A DNA stretch of 64,000 bases from Camelus dromedarius (lineage: Eukaryota). The position numbers and the translations under genes were made by a program. The DNA lies in the NCBI RefSeq assembly GCF_036321535.1, contig NC_087437.1, positions 34,226,001-34,290,000 of the forward strand, in the 5' to 3' direction. The notes beneath the pieces are model-generated. The model searched no databases and was not told where the DNA came from. It was given only the letters and a program-made list of their open reading frames with translations. This document shows, piece by piece, positions 1 to 9,570 of the stretch (its first letter is position 1; the number at the start of each line of letters is the position of its first letter).

Positions 1-361
1 CCTACACCCCTTCCACCCCCATTCTAATCATGCACCTGACGATGTAAATACCTTGTGGACTGATTTCCTAATCTAGTTTTATGGTATATCCCTGGGTCTT
101 CAATTAACTCTAGAGCTATTGCAGAACAATAAAACATCACTCAGCACAATCTTAACTCACCTTAATTGTAAAAATTCAACAACATCTGGTTCTTTCTTCC
201 CCCTAGAAGACAACAGAATAATTGTCATTCCAGAAAAATTCCAAATTTTCCTTTTCTTATGTTTTGGCATTGTTTTATGTGTAAACCCTGTCCCCCAACT
301 TTTGATTGTAGAATCTGTAAGTATTAGGGTGTTAGTCAAGCTGAAAACAAATTTAGAAAAT

Positions 362-684
362 TTTGCTGCACAAAGTGAGGTCCACAGGCCAGCAGCAGCA
401 GCAGCATCTGGGAGCTTGTTAGAACTAAGTCTCAGGGGGAGGGTATAGCTCAAGTGGTAGGCGTACATGCTCAGCATATATAAGGTCCTGGGTTCAATGC
501 CTAGTACTTCCATTAAAAATAAATAAATAAGTAAACCTAGTTATCTACCGCCCCAAAAAATTAAAAAATAAAATAAGAAATAAATTTAAAAAATAAGAAA
601 TGCAGAAACTTGGGCCCACCCAGCTCTACACTGTAACACAACTTCCTGGTGATCTGTATGCACCTTACAGTTTGAGAAGCACTG
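362..684 (+). mobile_element. MER5A-like hAT-Charlie DNA transposon, split by a Vic-1 SINE
   Basis: CAAAGTGAGGTCC...AGCAGCAGCATCTGGGAGCTTGTTAGAA before the SINE and AAATGCAGAA...GGTGATCTGTATGCACCTTACAGTTTGAGAAGCACTG after it resemble the two halves of the MER5A consensus. Confidence 0.8.
435..597 (+). mobile_element. Vic-1-type camelid tRNA-Ala-derived SINE
   Basis: GGGGGAGGGTATAGCTCAAGTGGTAG (A box)...GGTCCTGGGTTCAATGCC (B box), then AAATAAATAAAT-AAACCTAGTTATC-CCCC and an A-rich tail. Confidence 0.9.
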
Positions 685-1149
685 GTTTATGAGATACCAG
701 TAGTTCCCAGACTCTCCTCCAGGAGGGCCAGAGAGCCAAATTTGGGATGTTAACATTTGGAAGAAAATCCAAGTCACTGTGGGCTCACTGAGGACAGCAC
801 CCTGGGGACCCAGGTCACAGCCTGCCCCCTAGGTGAGGGGAGGTCAGGAAAGGGGGCAGCATTTTCAGTTTAAGTAATGAGTTTAAATAATGAGAGGAGG
901 GAGTCTTTAAAACGTAGGCAAGGGGGTTCCGCTGCTGGGTGGCCGAAAAGAATGACAGACCTCCACTCCCAATGTATTTCTTTTTGGAAGAATGGTGGAG
1001 TCCAGCTCTGCCTTTCCCTGCCCAGTCACCTGTAGCAAGTGCAGGGACATTGCAGAGCCTCGGTTTCCTCATCTTTAATATTGTTTTAAAATGATAGTTT
1101 CTATGTACACAGAACTTTACAGTTTACATGCCCATACACATATTTTCAT

Positions 1150-1290
1150 TTGTGCTCCAGGACAACTCTGTGTGGCAGATCAAGAGAGTAGTGTTACGTC
1201 CATTTTACAGATTGGAAAAGAGAGACACAGAGTGACCTGCCTGAGAGTGCCAAGATCACAAATCTTCAAACCCTTGTGCTGTGACCCTGT
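1150..1290 (-). mobile_element. MIR SINE fragment
   Basis: CCATTTTACAGATTGGAAAAGAGAGACACAGAG is the antisense MIR core. Confidence 0.65.
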
Positions 1291-2399
1291 AACCACAGCC
1301 AAATGAGTTCAAGTATGTGATAGTAAATTGAAAACTGTAATGTGTTATTCCAATAAAAGGGGTTCCTTATTACTTAAGTAACACTCCACAAATATGCATC
1401 TAACTGAACTGAATCACCCACCAGGATGCTGACCCCAGGATCAGCGACCCCCTTTTTCTCTCCTTGGATTATGGTGAAACTATTACCACGAAAAGCTAAT
1501 ATCAGTGATGAAGTGCATATTAATGAGCAATAAAGGAACTCCCAGAAACCAAGATGGAAAGAGCTGATCACACTGAAATTGCTTCATTATTTAAAGTCTT
1601 CTGCAGAAAGTAACTGAGAAAATTTTATACATTTCTTTTGAACTATTTTGAAGAACTAAAATGATGACCATTTCAATTATTTGTTATTTATCCTCTACTT
1701 TCCAAGTTCTTCTCCCATGTCCTACAGGATCAATTCTAGGAGGTTAAAAGGCAACAAAAGGACCAGAACAATGATAAGAGCAGAATTCAGGTCTTCTGTT
1801 CTCAAAATCAATGTTTATTTTGAGTTTTTCAAATAATGAGTCTCTTCTATTTTTATCTCTAGAAAGACACAATGGTTTCCTTTTATCTGTCTCTTACCAG
1901 TAGGTCACACCCTACGGTTCTTTTACCATCTGTTATGAATTTCACCAACTGCAGTTCTTTCTTTGTCATTGATGTTACATCCAAGTGAAAGGCTTTTCAA
2001 CAGGGTTTTAAATTGGGTGAGGTCTCAAGGTCAAATATCCGTGGCAAAGCCTGTCCAAGGAAATAAGGTTTCAGTTTAAAGCAGTTTTGTTTGGTTTCTA
2101 CTGTTATAAAATCCCTGCTCTGCAAATGTATGGTGAAAAATACTTATTATCACCATCTCATCTCAACTGCAATGTCTTTATTCGCATTCATTTATTCGCC
2201 TTTTTTGGGGGGAGAGGGGTCCTTTTCTATTCTGGGTATGTATGTATTGGTAGTAACTGCCATTTGTGGTGTGCCTACTATATGCTAAGGATTATGCCAA
2301 GCATTTTAAATATATTATCTTAAATCCCCTTTGGTACTATCAACATTATCAACACTATACAGTTGATTATACAGTTGAATAACTATAATAATAATAATC

Positions 2400-2560
2400 A
2401 TTAACGTTCACTGCACTTTACAATGTAATTGGCAATAGCACTGAGCTCTTTCATGTGTATTGTCTTGCTTAGTCCTCACATCTGCCCTAAGGGGTAGATA
2501 CTATTATCATTCCCATTTTACAGATGAGGAGACTGAGGGACAGAGAGATTAAGAAACTTA
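2400..2560 (-). mobile_element. MIR SINE
   Basis: TATTATCATTCCCATTTTACAGATGAGGAGACTGAGGGACAGAGAGATTAAG is the antisense MIR core. Confidence 0.85.
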
Positions 2561-2814
2561 CCCATGGTCACTCAATAAATATTGAAGTGGACATCCATCC
2601 CCATGTAGATTCATCACCAAAGCCTTTTTTCTTTCCAAGAGCGATGACCTCTGGGTTCTGCTAAATTCTTCAAAAACACAGTTGCCTTTGAAAGGCCTTT
2701 GAAAGCCTAGCTTAGCACAGGCCCTAGCATTAGACAGACCTGGCTTCCAATCCCAGCGAATTAGTTTGGCCATAACCATCAGGACACTTTCTCCCACTTC
2801 CACCGCCGGCTCTG

Positions 2815-3035
2815 CTTTCCAGCCAGAGGAGAAGGAAGAAAGAAAAGAAGCCCGTGCCCCTTCCTTTTATAAGCATGAATGCATCCTGCCCGCCTCCCAC
2901 GGGTGAGAACTCCGTCTCATGGCCCGACCCCAGGAAGGCTGGAGAGGGCTGACGTTCTCCTGGCAGCCGTGTGCTCAGCTAAAATGTATAGGGTTTACTA
3001 AGGAAGAAGGGCAGAGTGAATATTAGGACAACCAG
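2815..3035 (-). mobile_element. old MaLR (MLT1) LTR fragment
   Basis: GGAAGGCTGGAGAGG...CTGGCAGCCGTGTGCTCAGCTAAAA...AAGGAAGAAGGGCAGAGTGAATATTAGG resembles antisense old MLT1; lies between MIR pieces. Confidence 0.55.
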
Positions 3036-3059
3036 GACTCTTTTCCTCCTTGAGTTTCA

Positions 3060-3235
3060 CCACTCTGTGACCTTGGGCAAGTTACCTATCCTCACTGAGC
3101 CTCAGTCTTATCCTTTGTAAAATGAGGATAATAGTATAAGAAGAGCATTGTTAGGATTTAGCTAGTGTGCGTAAAGTAACGTGCTCAGTGCCTGGCACAA
3201 AGCAAGTGTTCGATAAGTGTTACCTACCACTAATA
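3060..3235 (+). mobile_element. MIR SINE
   Basis: CTGTGACCTTGGGCAAGTTACC...CTGAGCCTCAGTCTTATCCTTTGTAAAATGAGGATAATAG...AGTGCCTGGCACA. Confidence 0.9.
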
Positions 3236-3502
3236 TTGAAAAGACGGTATAATTGAAGCACCAGATTGGAGCTACAATTTTGCATGATGACTCTAGAATT
3301 TGAATTCTATTGTGAACATCGCACAAGGATTGTTTGCTGGGTGTTGTGTAACTGCAGAGCTTTCTCCTATGTATATTCAAGGAATTCTGGAGCTAAATGG
3401 AGCATTAAACATGAGATCTTTTCAGATTCTCGGTTAACTGAGGTTTAAGTTCCCCAGGTAGAAATGGTGATCCCACTAGAGTGTATGAGTGTTATCCTAG
3501 AT

Positions 3503-3537
3503 TATCTAGATATATCTAGATACAATATCTAGATATT
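3503..3537. repeat. tandem palindromic repeat (TATCTAGATA units)
   Basis: TATCTAGATA at 3503-3512 and 3513-3522; AATATCTAGATATT at 3524-3537. Confidence 0.9.
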
Positions 3538-3679
3538 AACCTAGAGCAGTGACAGCCTTAATTTTGCAAAATTTTGAGTTGTCTCCAATTATTTCTAAGG
3601 ATACAACAAATTCTTCAAAATAAACTTAACCCAAATAATTTTTTATGCATGCAAGAGACATAATATACTGATATTACTC

Positions 3680-3985
3680 ATGGAACATTTACTGAGCTCT
3701 GACCATGTCGCGAGCACCATGGCCGGCACCAGAGATACACATGATGAATGAAGGTAGATGTGGGCTCCGCCTTCCCAGAGTGGACAGACTCTCAGGGGAG
3801 ACAGACATGAATCACACAACATTACAAGTCTATGTTAAAACTGCAACTCTGATGCTACGAATAGGAGGTACATGATGCTCTGGAAATGTACCAGAGGGGG
3901 AAATGGCTACACAGGGAGATGGGAAAGGTTTTCCTGAGGAAAGTCATGCCCTTTTGCATCTGAAGCATGAGGAAGAGTTGAGGAG
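3680..3985 (-). mobile_element. LINE-2 3' end
   Basis: AACATTTACTGAGC...GGCACCAGAGATACA...GGGGAGACAGACA...TTCCTGAGGAAAGT is typical antisense L2. Confidence 0.7.
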
Positions 3986-4004
3986 CTTAGGGGTCACATT
4001 CCGA

Positions 4005-4195
4005 GGCAATCTGGAACTTTTTGTGGGGCCTGAAGAATATGTCATTTGGGAAGCCCCCTTTCAGAAAAAAGAATATAAACCTATCCTTCTTCTGTAAATT
4101 TTACAAAAAACCCATGACCATGGAAACGCACTAAGGGCCCCATGCAAGGAAGGAGCTCTGAGGCTCAAGCCTCATCAGCTGTAGGTAGCTCCCTC
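4005..4195. mobile_element. MER53-like non-autonomous hAT element
   Basis: GTGGGGCCTGAAG...AAGGGCCCCATGCAAG...CTGAGGCTCAAGCCTCATCAGC resembles the recalled MER53 consensus. Confidence 0.55.
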
Positions 4196-4683
4196 GGGAA
4201 GGGATGGACTCACTCCACGGTCTGCAGTGGGCACCAACCAAAGCTTCAAGCAAGTGGTGAAGGCCAACGCTGCAATGCGCTGCAATGGTTTTCAATGAGC
4301 AAGGGATGTTTCCAGGCCCTGTCGGGGGAGACAAGAGCTCCAGTTCCCTCTTAGAGCTAGGGACCAATGGGAACTCCTTGGGCAGACTCTGTAGTAAACT
4401 CACTTTTTTTTTAATGTCCAAAAGGGCTTGAGGTCGATTTTCTGAAAGGATATATGTGGGCAGAGAGACGCCTTCCTCCTCCAGGCCCAGGATGTGCAAC
4501 TTAAGGCAGAAGCCAGCCTTGTTGAGCCACCATCTCAACCCACCTCAAACTCTCCCAGTTTTAGTGCAGAAAGTGCCCCCAACCTGTGGACATTCCTCAG
4601 GCAAAAGGGGACAGTTGGTCACCCTCCCCCAGCAGAGGGCCTGGTAAGCCTCTACCACTCCGGTGTCTTCTGGTGAAAGCAGG

Positions 4684-5085
4684 TGTGACGAGCATTATTT
4701 TGTCCCCCCACCTCCTGTCCCCTCTAGTTCCTAGCAGGAGAGAGAATCCTACCTGTCTGCTCCTTTGAAGTTAGATGATGTTATGTGACTTGCTCTGTCC
4801 AAAAACGTGAGTGGAAGAGATGCTTGTGACTTCTGGATAGAAGCATTTAAGAGCCAGTATGTAATTCTCCATATTTCCTTCCTCCTGCCATGGCACTGGT
4901 AACATCTAGATGGTGGAGGCTTTGTCAGCCTGAGTCCCTGAGTAAGGACCACGTGGAGCAAAGTCCCCCACCAGCCCTCAATGTCATGGAGCAAAAGTGT
5001 GTAATAAACTCCTGTTCTTTTAAGCCGCTGGGACCTGGATGTCTTTCACTACTGCAGCATAACTCCGTCCACCCTGCCTGATAAA
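4684..5085 (+). mobile_element. MLT1J-like MaLR solo LTR
   Basis: ATGTGACTTGCTCTGTCCAA...GAAGCATTTAAGAGCCAG...AGATGGTGGAGGC...AATAAAC...TTAAGCCGCTG...CTGCAGCATAAC. Confidence 0.8.
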
Positions 5086-5394
5086 GGAAGCAAAACCAAG
5101 ACCCTACTTAGAGTCTAGAGTAGTAATATGGTTTTAATGATTTTCCTTGGATGATAATAATAAAACCTTTGCACATATCCCAGTATGGTGCTGATGAGGA
5201 AAAACAAAACAAAACAGTGTCACTTTTCCAAACTATCTGGTGGGAGAAAGGCCCTGGATTAACCTGAAGTTCTGGTGAGCATAGCCCCTCCGAGGAAAGG
5301 AGGCTGTGCCCCGAGTGTGCTGCACTAAAGATGAAATCATTTACTGTGTGACTCTGATAGCACAGAGTTACATTAGCCATTATATATATATATA

Positions 5395-5730
5395 AACAAG
5401 TTTATGGAGGTATAATTTACATACTGTAAAATAATTTGAAGTGTATAATTCCATGATTTTTAGTAAATTTACCAGATTGTACAACCTTCACATTTTCATC
5501 CACCAGAACATTTCCATCATCCCCAAAAGATCCTTCCTACCCATTCATAGTTAATCCCCTTTCCCACCTCCAGCCCTAAGCAACCACGAATCTATTTTCT
5601 GATTCTATGGGTTTGCCTTTTCTGGACACTTTATATAAATGGAATCATACAACATGTAGTCTTTGTGCCTGTATTTTTTCACTTTGCATAATGTTTTTGA
5701 GGGTGATCCACACTGTTGAATGTGTCAGTA
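5395..5730 (-). mobile_element. old L1 (L1MB/L1ME-type) 3' end
   Basis: GAGGTATAATTTACATAC...GAACATTTCCATCATCCCC...TTGCCTTTTCTGGACACTTTATATAAATGGAATCATACA. Confidence 0.85.
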
Positions 5731-5788
5731 TACAGATCAGTATCAGTATATATGTTTTTACATATATATCAATATATATCAGTATGAG

Positions 5789-5807
5789 TATATATATATA
5801 TATATAG

Positions 5808-5857
<50 letters not shown>
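5789..5857. repeat. compound microsatellite (TA)9-GAC-(TG)24
   Basis: Directly visible. Confidence 0.97.
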
Positions 5858-5859
<2 letters not shown>

Positions 5860-6549
5860 AAGAGGCAGGGTATGGTGGAGAAAACATAGGCTTCAGAGAC
5901 TATCAAATTTGTGTTGAATCCAAGTCCCTGGAAACTTTCAGAATATAAGTTCAGTTACTCCCCACTCCTTTAAAAGAGTAAACAGAAGTCTCTTTCTCTG
6001 AGTACAGGTACCACCTAACATTCTCCAGCATCTTCTTCCTCAAGGTCTACACTGAAAGATGACTGTACATCAGAAGCAGGATCTCCCTGTCTAGAGACAT
6101 GGAGACAGGGTAAACCACCAGGAACCTCACAAAGGCTGTCTCCTCCTCCCCACGCCATATCTCCTCCCACAGACAGAGCAGCGGCAGGTGGGCAGCTGGC
6201 ATGGCCCCTTCCCTTCCTCAGGCCAGTCTTTCCAGAGGTACTGATGAGCCCCGGAAGAAACTGTTCACAGACAGGCAGCAGGGGGTGGGACAGGAAGGCA
6301 GGGGAAGGAAGGAATAGGAAAATTCATAAATCAGACAAAGAAGTAGCAAACAACACAGCTGCAGATACAGCCCAAATGGCCTTAGAGGACAAAATCCTGG
6401 GTGTAGGGATTTGTACTTAAGGTTCAGATACCTATATACCTGTACATGAAGCTTTTTATACCTTGTACTTTATATATGTACATGGTGTATATATAAAAAT
6501 TTTTTCTTTCTAGTTTTATTGAGATATAACTGACATACAGCACTGTATA

Positions 6550-6667
6550 TTTTTTCTAAAGGGGAGTAATTAGGTTTTATTTATTTTTTTAATGGAGGTA
6601 CTTGGACTGAACCCAGGACCTCATGCTTGCTAGGCACGTGCTCTACCACTGAGCTCTACCCACCCCC
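6550..6667 (-). mobile_element. Vic-1-type SINE
   Basis: GGGGAGTAATTAGGTTTTATTTATT...ATGGAGGTACTTGGACTGAACCCAGGACCTCATGC...CTCTACCACTGAGCT. Confidence 0.9.
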
Positions 6668-6929
6668 TTCCTGGGTATATATTTTTATATGCTGTAAACT
6701 TTATAGACCCTGGCTGTTCCCATAATGCATTAAATATTTGTTCTGCTGAAAGATAATAAAAACATAATTCAGAAGACATCACAATATTACAAAAAGCATT
6801 TAGGCCCTGAGCTGAGGAAAACTGCTAGGGAGATGCTTCTGAAATGCCCCACTCCCGGGTTTCCCACCCTGGTCGCAGATTAGAAGCACCCCAGGATTAA
6901 AACATACCAGGCCCAGGCCACACCCCTGC

Positions 6930-7080
6930 TGTATTATTTTCCTGTGACTGCGCGCAACAAACGACCAGAAACATGGGGGCTTCAAAGAATGGAAATGTGT
7001 TCTCTCACAGTTTTAGCGGCTGGAAGTTTAAAATCGAGGCTTCAGAAGGGCCACACTTGCACTTGAGGCAAGAATTCTCC
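6930..7080 (-). mobile_element. MLT1 MaLR LTR 3'-terminal fragment
   Basis: TGTATTATTTTCCTGTGACTGC...AACAAACGACCAGAAACATGGGGGCTTCAAAG...GTTCTCTCACAGTTTT...GGCTGGAAGT; ends abruptly against pol sequence. Confidence 0.8.
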
Positions 7081-7084
7081 TCTA

Positions 7085-9570
7085 GAGCTCACCCAAACGA
7101 TGAAATTCTTGGAAGTAACCTGGGCAGAAGCCACCCCTGACATTCCACGGACAACTGAAAATAAGCAGCTGTCATACCGGCCCTGGGCACTAAGGCAGGA
7201 GCACAGCACCTTGGGGTTTGGATTTGGACGATGCGGATTCCAGATCTGGGAGGACTGCTGGTTCCGCTCATAAAGCTCCCTGAAAGAATGCTGTGTTTGA
7301 ATGGAAGGAGCCTTAACAGCAAAAAGCCATGGCTCAATCCATATCAGGCCCTTATGATTCATACTCAGATACGATTTTGGAAGTTTCTTCGATTCATACC
7401 CAACACAGACTGGAACTTATGGCAGCAGCCCATGAATGCTGCCCAGTGGTGACCCCTGGGATTTAGGATGAGAAAGTTTTCAGATGCAGCGTTATGGTAT
7501 ATGTCATTTGAGACGCAATTATTGGCTTGCAGTTATCGAGCATTAATGGAAACTGCTCTATGTCTGAAAGACATAAAATAATCTTGAAACCTGAAACATG
7601 CATAATGTCTCAGGTGATGTTGAAGAAACATTCCAATTAGGAAGCTGGTGCCCAGAAAGCTCCATAATAAAATGGAAGTGGTTTATTCAGGAACGTGCTG
7701 CTAGAGGAATGCAAAGAGGTTTTCACATATTCACAAGCAGGTAGGCTCATTTCCTCTAGGGCCAACTTTGGAACCATTTAAGGAGCTACTGCATCCTATT
7801 GACACATGGGTGGTATCTTATGAATAGCTCTCAGCTAACCTACAAAGCTGCTTGGTTTATAGATGGCAATTCTAAAGTCAATGGGCAGCAACCTGTTTGA
7901 AAGGCTGTACACCGTGACCAACTAATGGGAAAAGCTATAATTGAAAAATTTGAGAATAAATCAGCTTAGCAGGCTAGACTGCATGTGTTTTCCTCGCAGT
8001 GGTGGGAGAAGTGAACAATAACGAGAGCCCCAAAGTCTGGGCGTATTCCTTCTCTTGGGCAGTGGCGAATGGCTTGGCCATATGGTCAGGCAGATGGGCA
8101 ATAGAAAACTGGCTTATTAAGTGGATGTCCATATGGGGCATGTATGGAAATCACTATGGGAATTTAAGGGGAGCATTAAATAGGACATGTCAAGGCCCAT
8201 TAGAACATCCTTCCCAGATCCAGAGGTGATTGGAGCCAGCAATTGGATGTCCTGGTACACACACTCACTTAAAGTGTTCGACTGGGTCCATGAAATGAGT
8301 GAATCTGGGTTGGAGGGGCCTGTAGCAATGCTGAAATGGGCTGATAGTTGACATCATCCTCTTGCACCTGCAGAGCCACAAAATGCCAACCAGAACTGTC
8401 CTGTCTGCCAACAAGACAGGGACCACAGATGGCTGGGAGGCAGATTCCGGGGAAGAAGACCCCCCCACACCCCCAGCATAGCTGGCAAGGAGACTATATT
8501 GGACGGCTGCCAGTAGCCCTGGGAAGCTATAAATGGGTCCTGACAGAAATAGACACTTACTTTGGACTGGGCTTTGCATACCCAGTGGTAGATGCAAATG
8601 CTTAAACTACTATAAAAGGAGTGGAGCAGAAGATACTGTCCCGGTTTGGACGAAGAAATGAGTTACATTTCTTCAAACTAAGGAACACACTTTACAGCAC
8701 GTAGAGTCCATCAGTGGGCAAAGAAATATCATATCAAATGGACGGATCATGTTGCCAGTCATCCTCAGAGCAGTGATTTGATAGAGAATTGGCAGGGGCA
8801 ATTGAAATATTTATTGCCCAGTGGTAGAGTACATGCTTAGCATACACGAGGTCCTGGGTTCAATCCCCAGTACCTCCATTAAAAATAAATAAATAAATAA
8901 ACCTAATTACCTGCGCACCCCCCTCCCAGTTTTTTTAAACTGGGGGAGATAAAATCATGCAGGCCTGGTTGTTTACATACCTTCCTGAGTGTGTGATCAC
9001 ACTCAACATGAAGGGGGCCCAGGAGGCCTCCCCACTCAATAGATTTCCTCTGCTTTTCTTTTCCTTTGAGGGAGAGGGTGTGGGGAGGATGCTAGTACTA
9101 CTAGACAATTATTCCCCACATCACCTTAACTTCCTTTTTTTCCTAACTGATTCAGTGGTTCTAGGACCAGGGCTGCAACCATGGGTCCTGCAAGTAGGAT
9201 GAAGCAGAAGGGATCCCTTAACAAAAGATTGTAACTATACCTTTGAAAGCTTTATGCCAGAACTCCTAAGGGCTTACTGGGCTGTATCGTGCCTTCACTC
9301 TATTTGACAAAATACAAGTGACAGTGAATGCAACTGCGTGGCCCCATGGTGGAGGTAGCCTACCAGCTCTGTGCCTATGTAACCTCACTCTGTATGAACA
9401 GAGTTTGGACTAAGGGGGAGGTACTCGCTAGACTGGAATTGATGCCAGAAATCTGGACCAGCACAGTGGCTGCACCTAACATCCCTTCGAAAAGTGGGAA
9501 AGTTTGGGTAAAAATCAATGACAAATGGAGAGAAGGAGAAATAGTAGCTAGGGATACAGGAATGAATAAA
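7085..9570 (+). mobile_element. degenerate class III (ERV-L-like) endogenous retrovirus pol: RT C-terminal part, connection, RNase H, integrase
   Basis: Hand translation with stops and frameshifts gives MKFLEVTW..DIP and RIPDLGGLLVPL (RT); WNLWQ..*PLGF..YMSFETQLLACSYRALMET and IIKWKWFIQERA (connection); AWFIDGNS and SWAVANGLAIWSGRW (RNase H); WQGDYIGRLP..VLTEIDTYFGLGFAYPV and HPQSSDLIENWQGQLK (integrase). The motifs are colinear with ERV-L pol. Confidence 0.92.
8819..8935 (+). mobile_element. 5'-truncated Vic-1-type SINE inserted in the ERV integrase
   Basis: CAGTGGTAGAGTACATGCTTAGCATACACGAGGTCCTGGGTTCAATCCCCAGTACCTCC plus (AAAT)n and AAACCTAATTACC; integrase-like sequence resumes afterwards (GDKIMQAW..ITLN). 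Confidence 0.92.

Noticed and set aside
435..512. tRNA-Ala gene (and the eight similar loci)
   Set aside because: Broken stems, SINE-specific tails, TSDs and insertion into other repeats show these are tRNA-derived SINEs.
119..513. 109-aa and 118-aa ORFs
   Set aside because: They run through MER5A and SINE sequence and resemble no protein I recognise.
7999..8605. ORFs with RNase H/integrase motifs as a domesticated gene
   Set aside because: Fragmented by stops, frameshifts and a SINE insertion; a decayed ERV.
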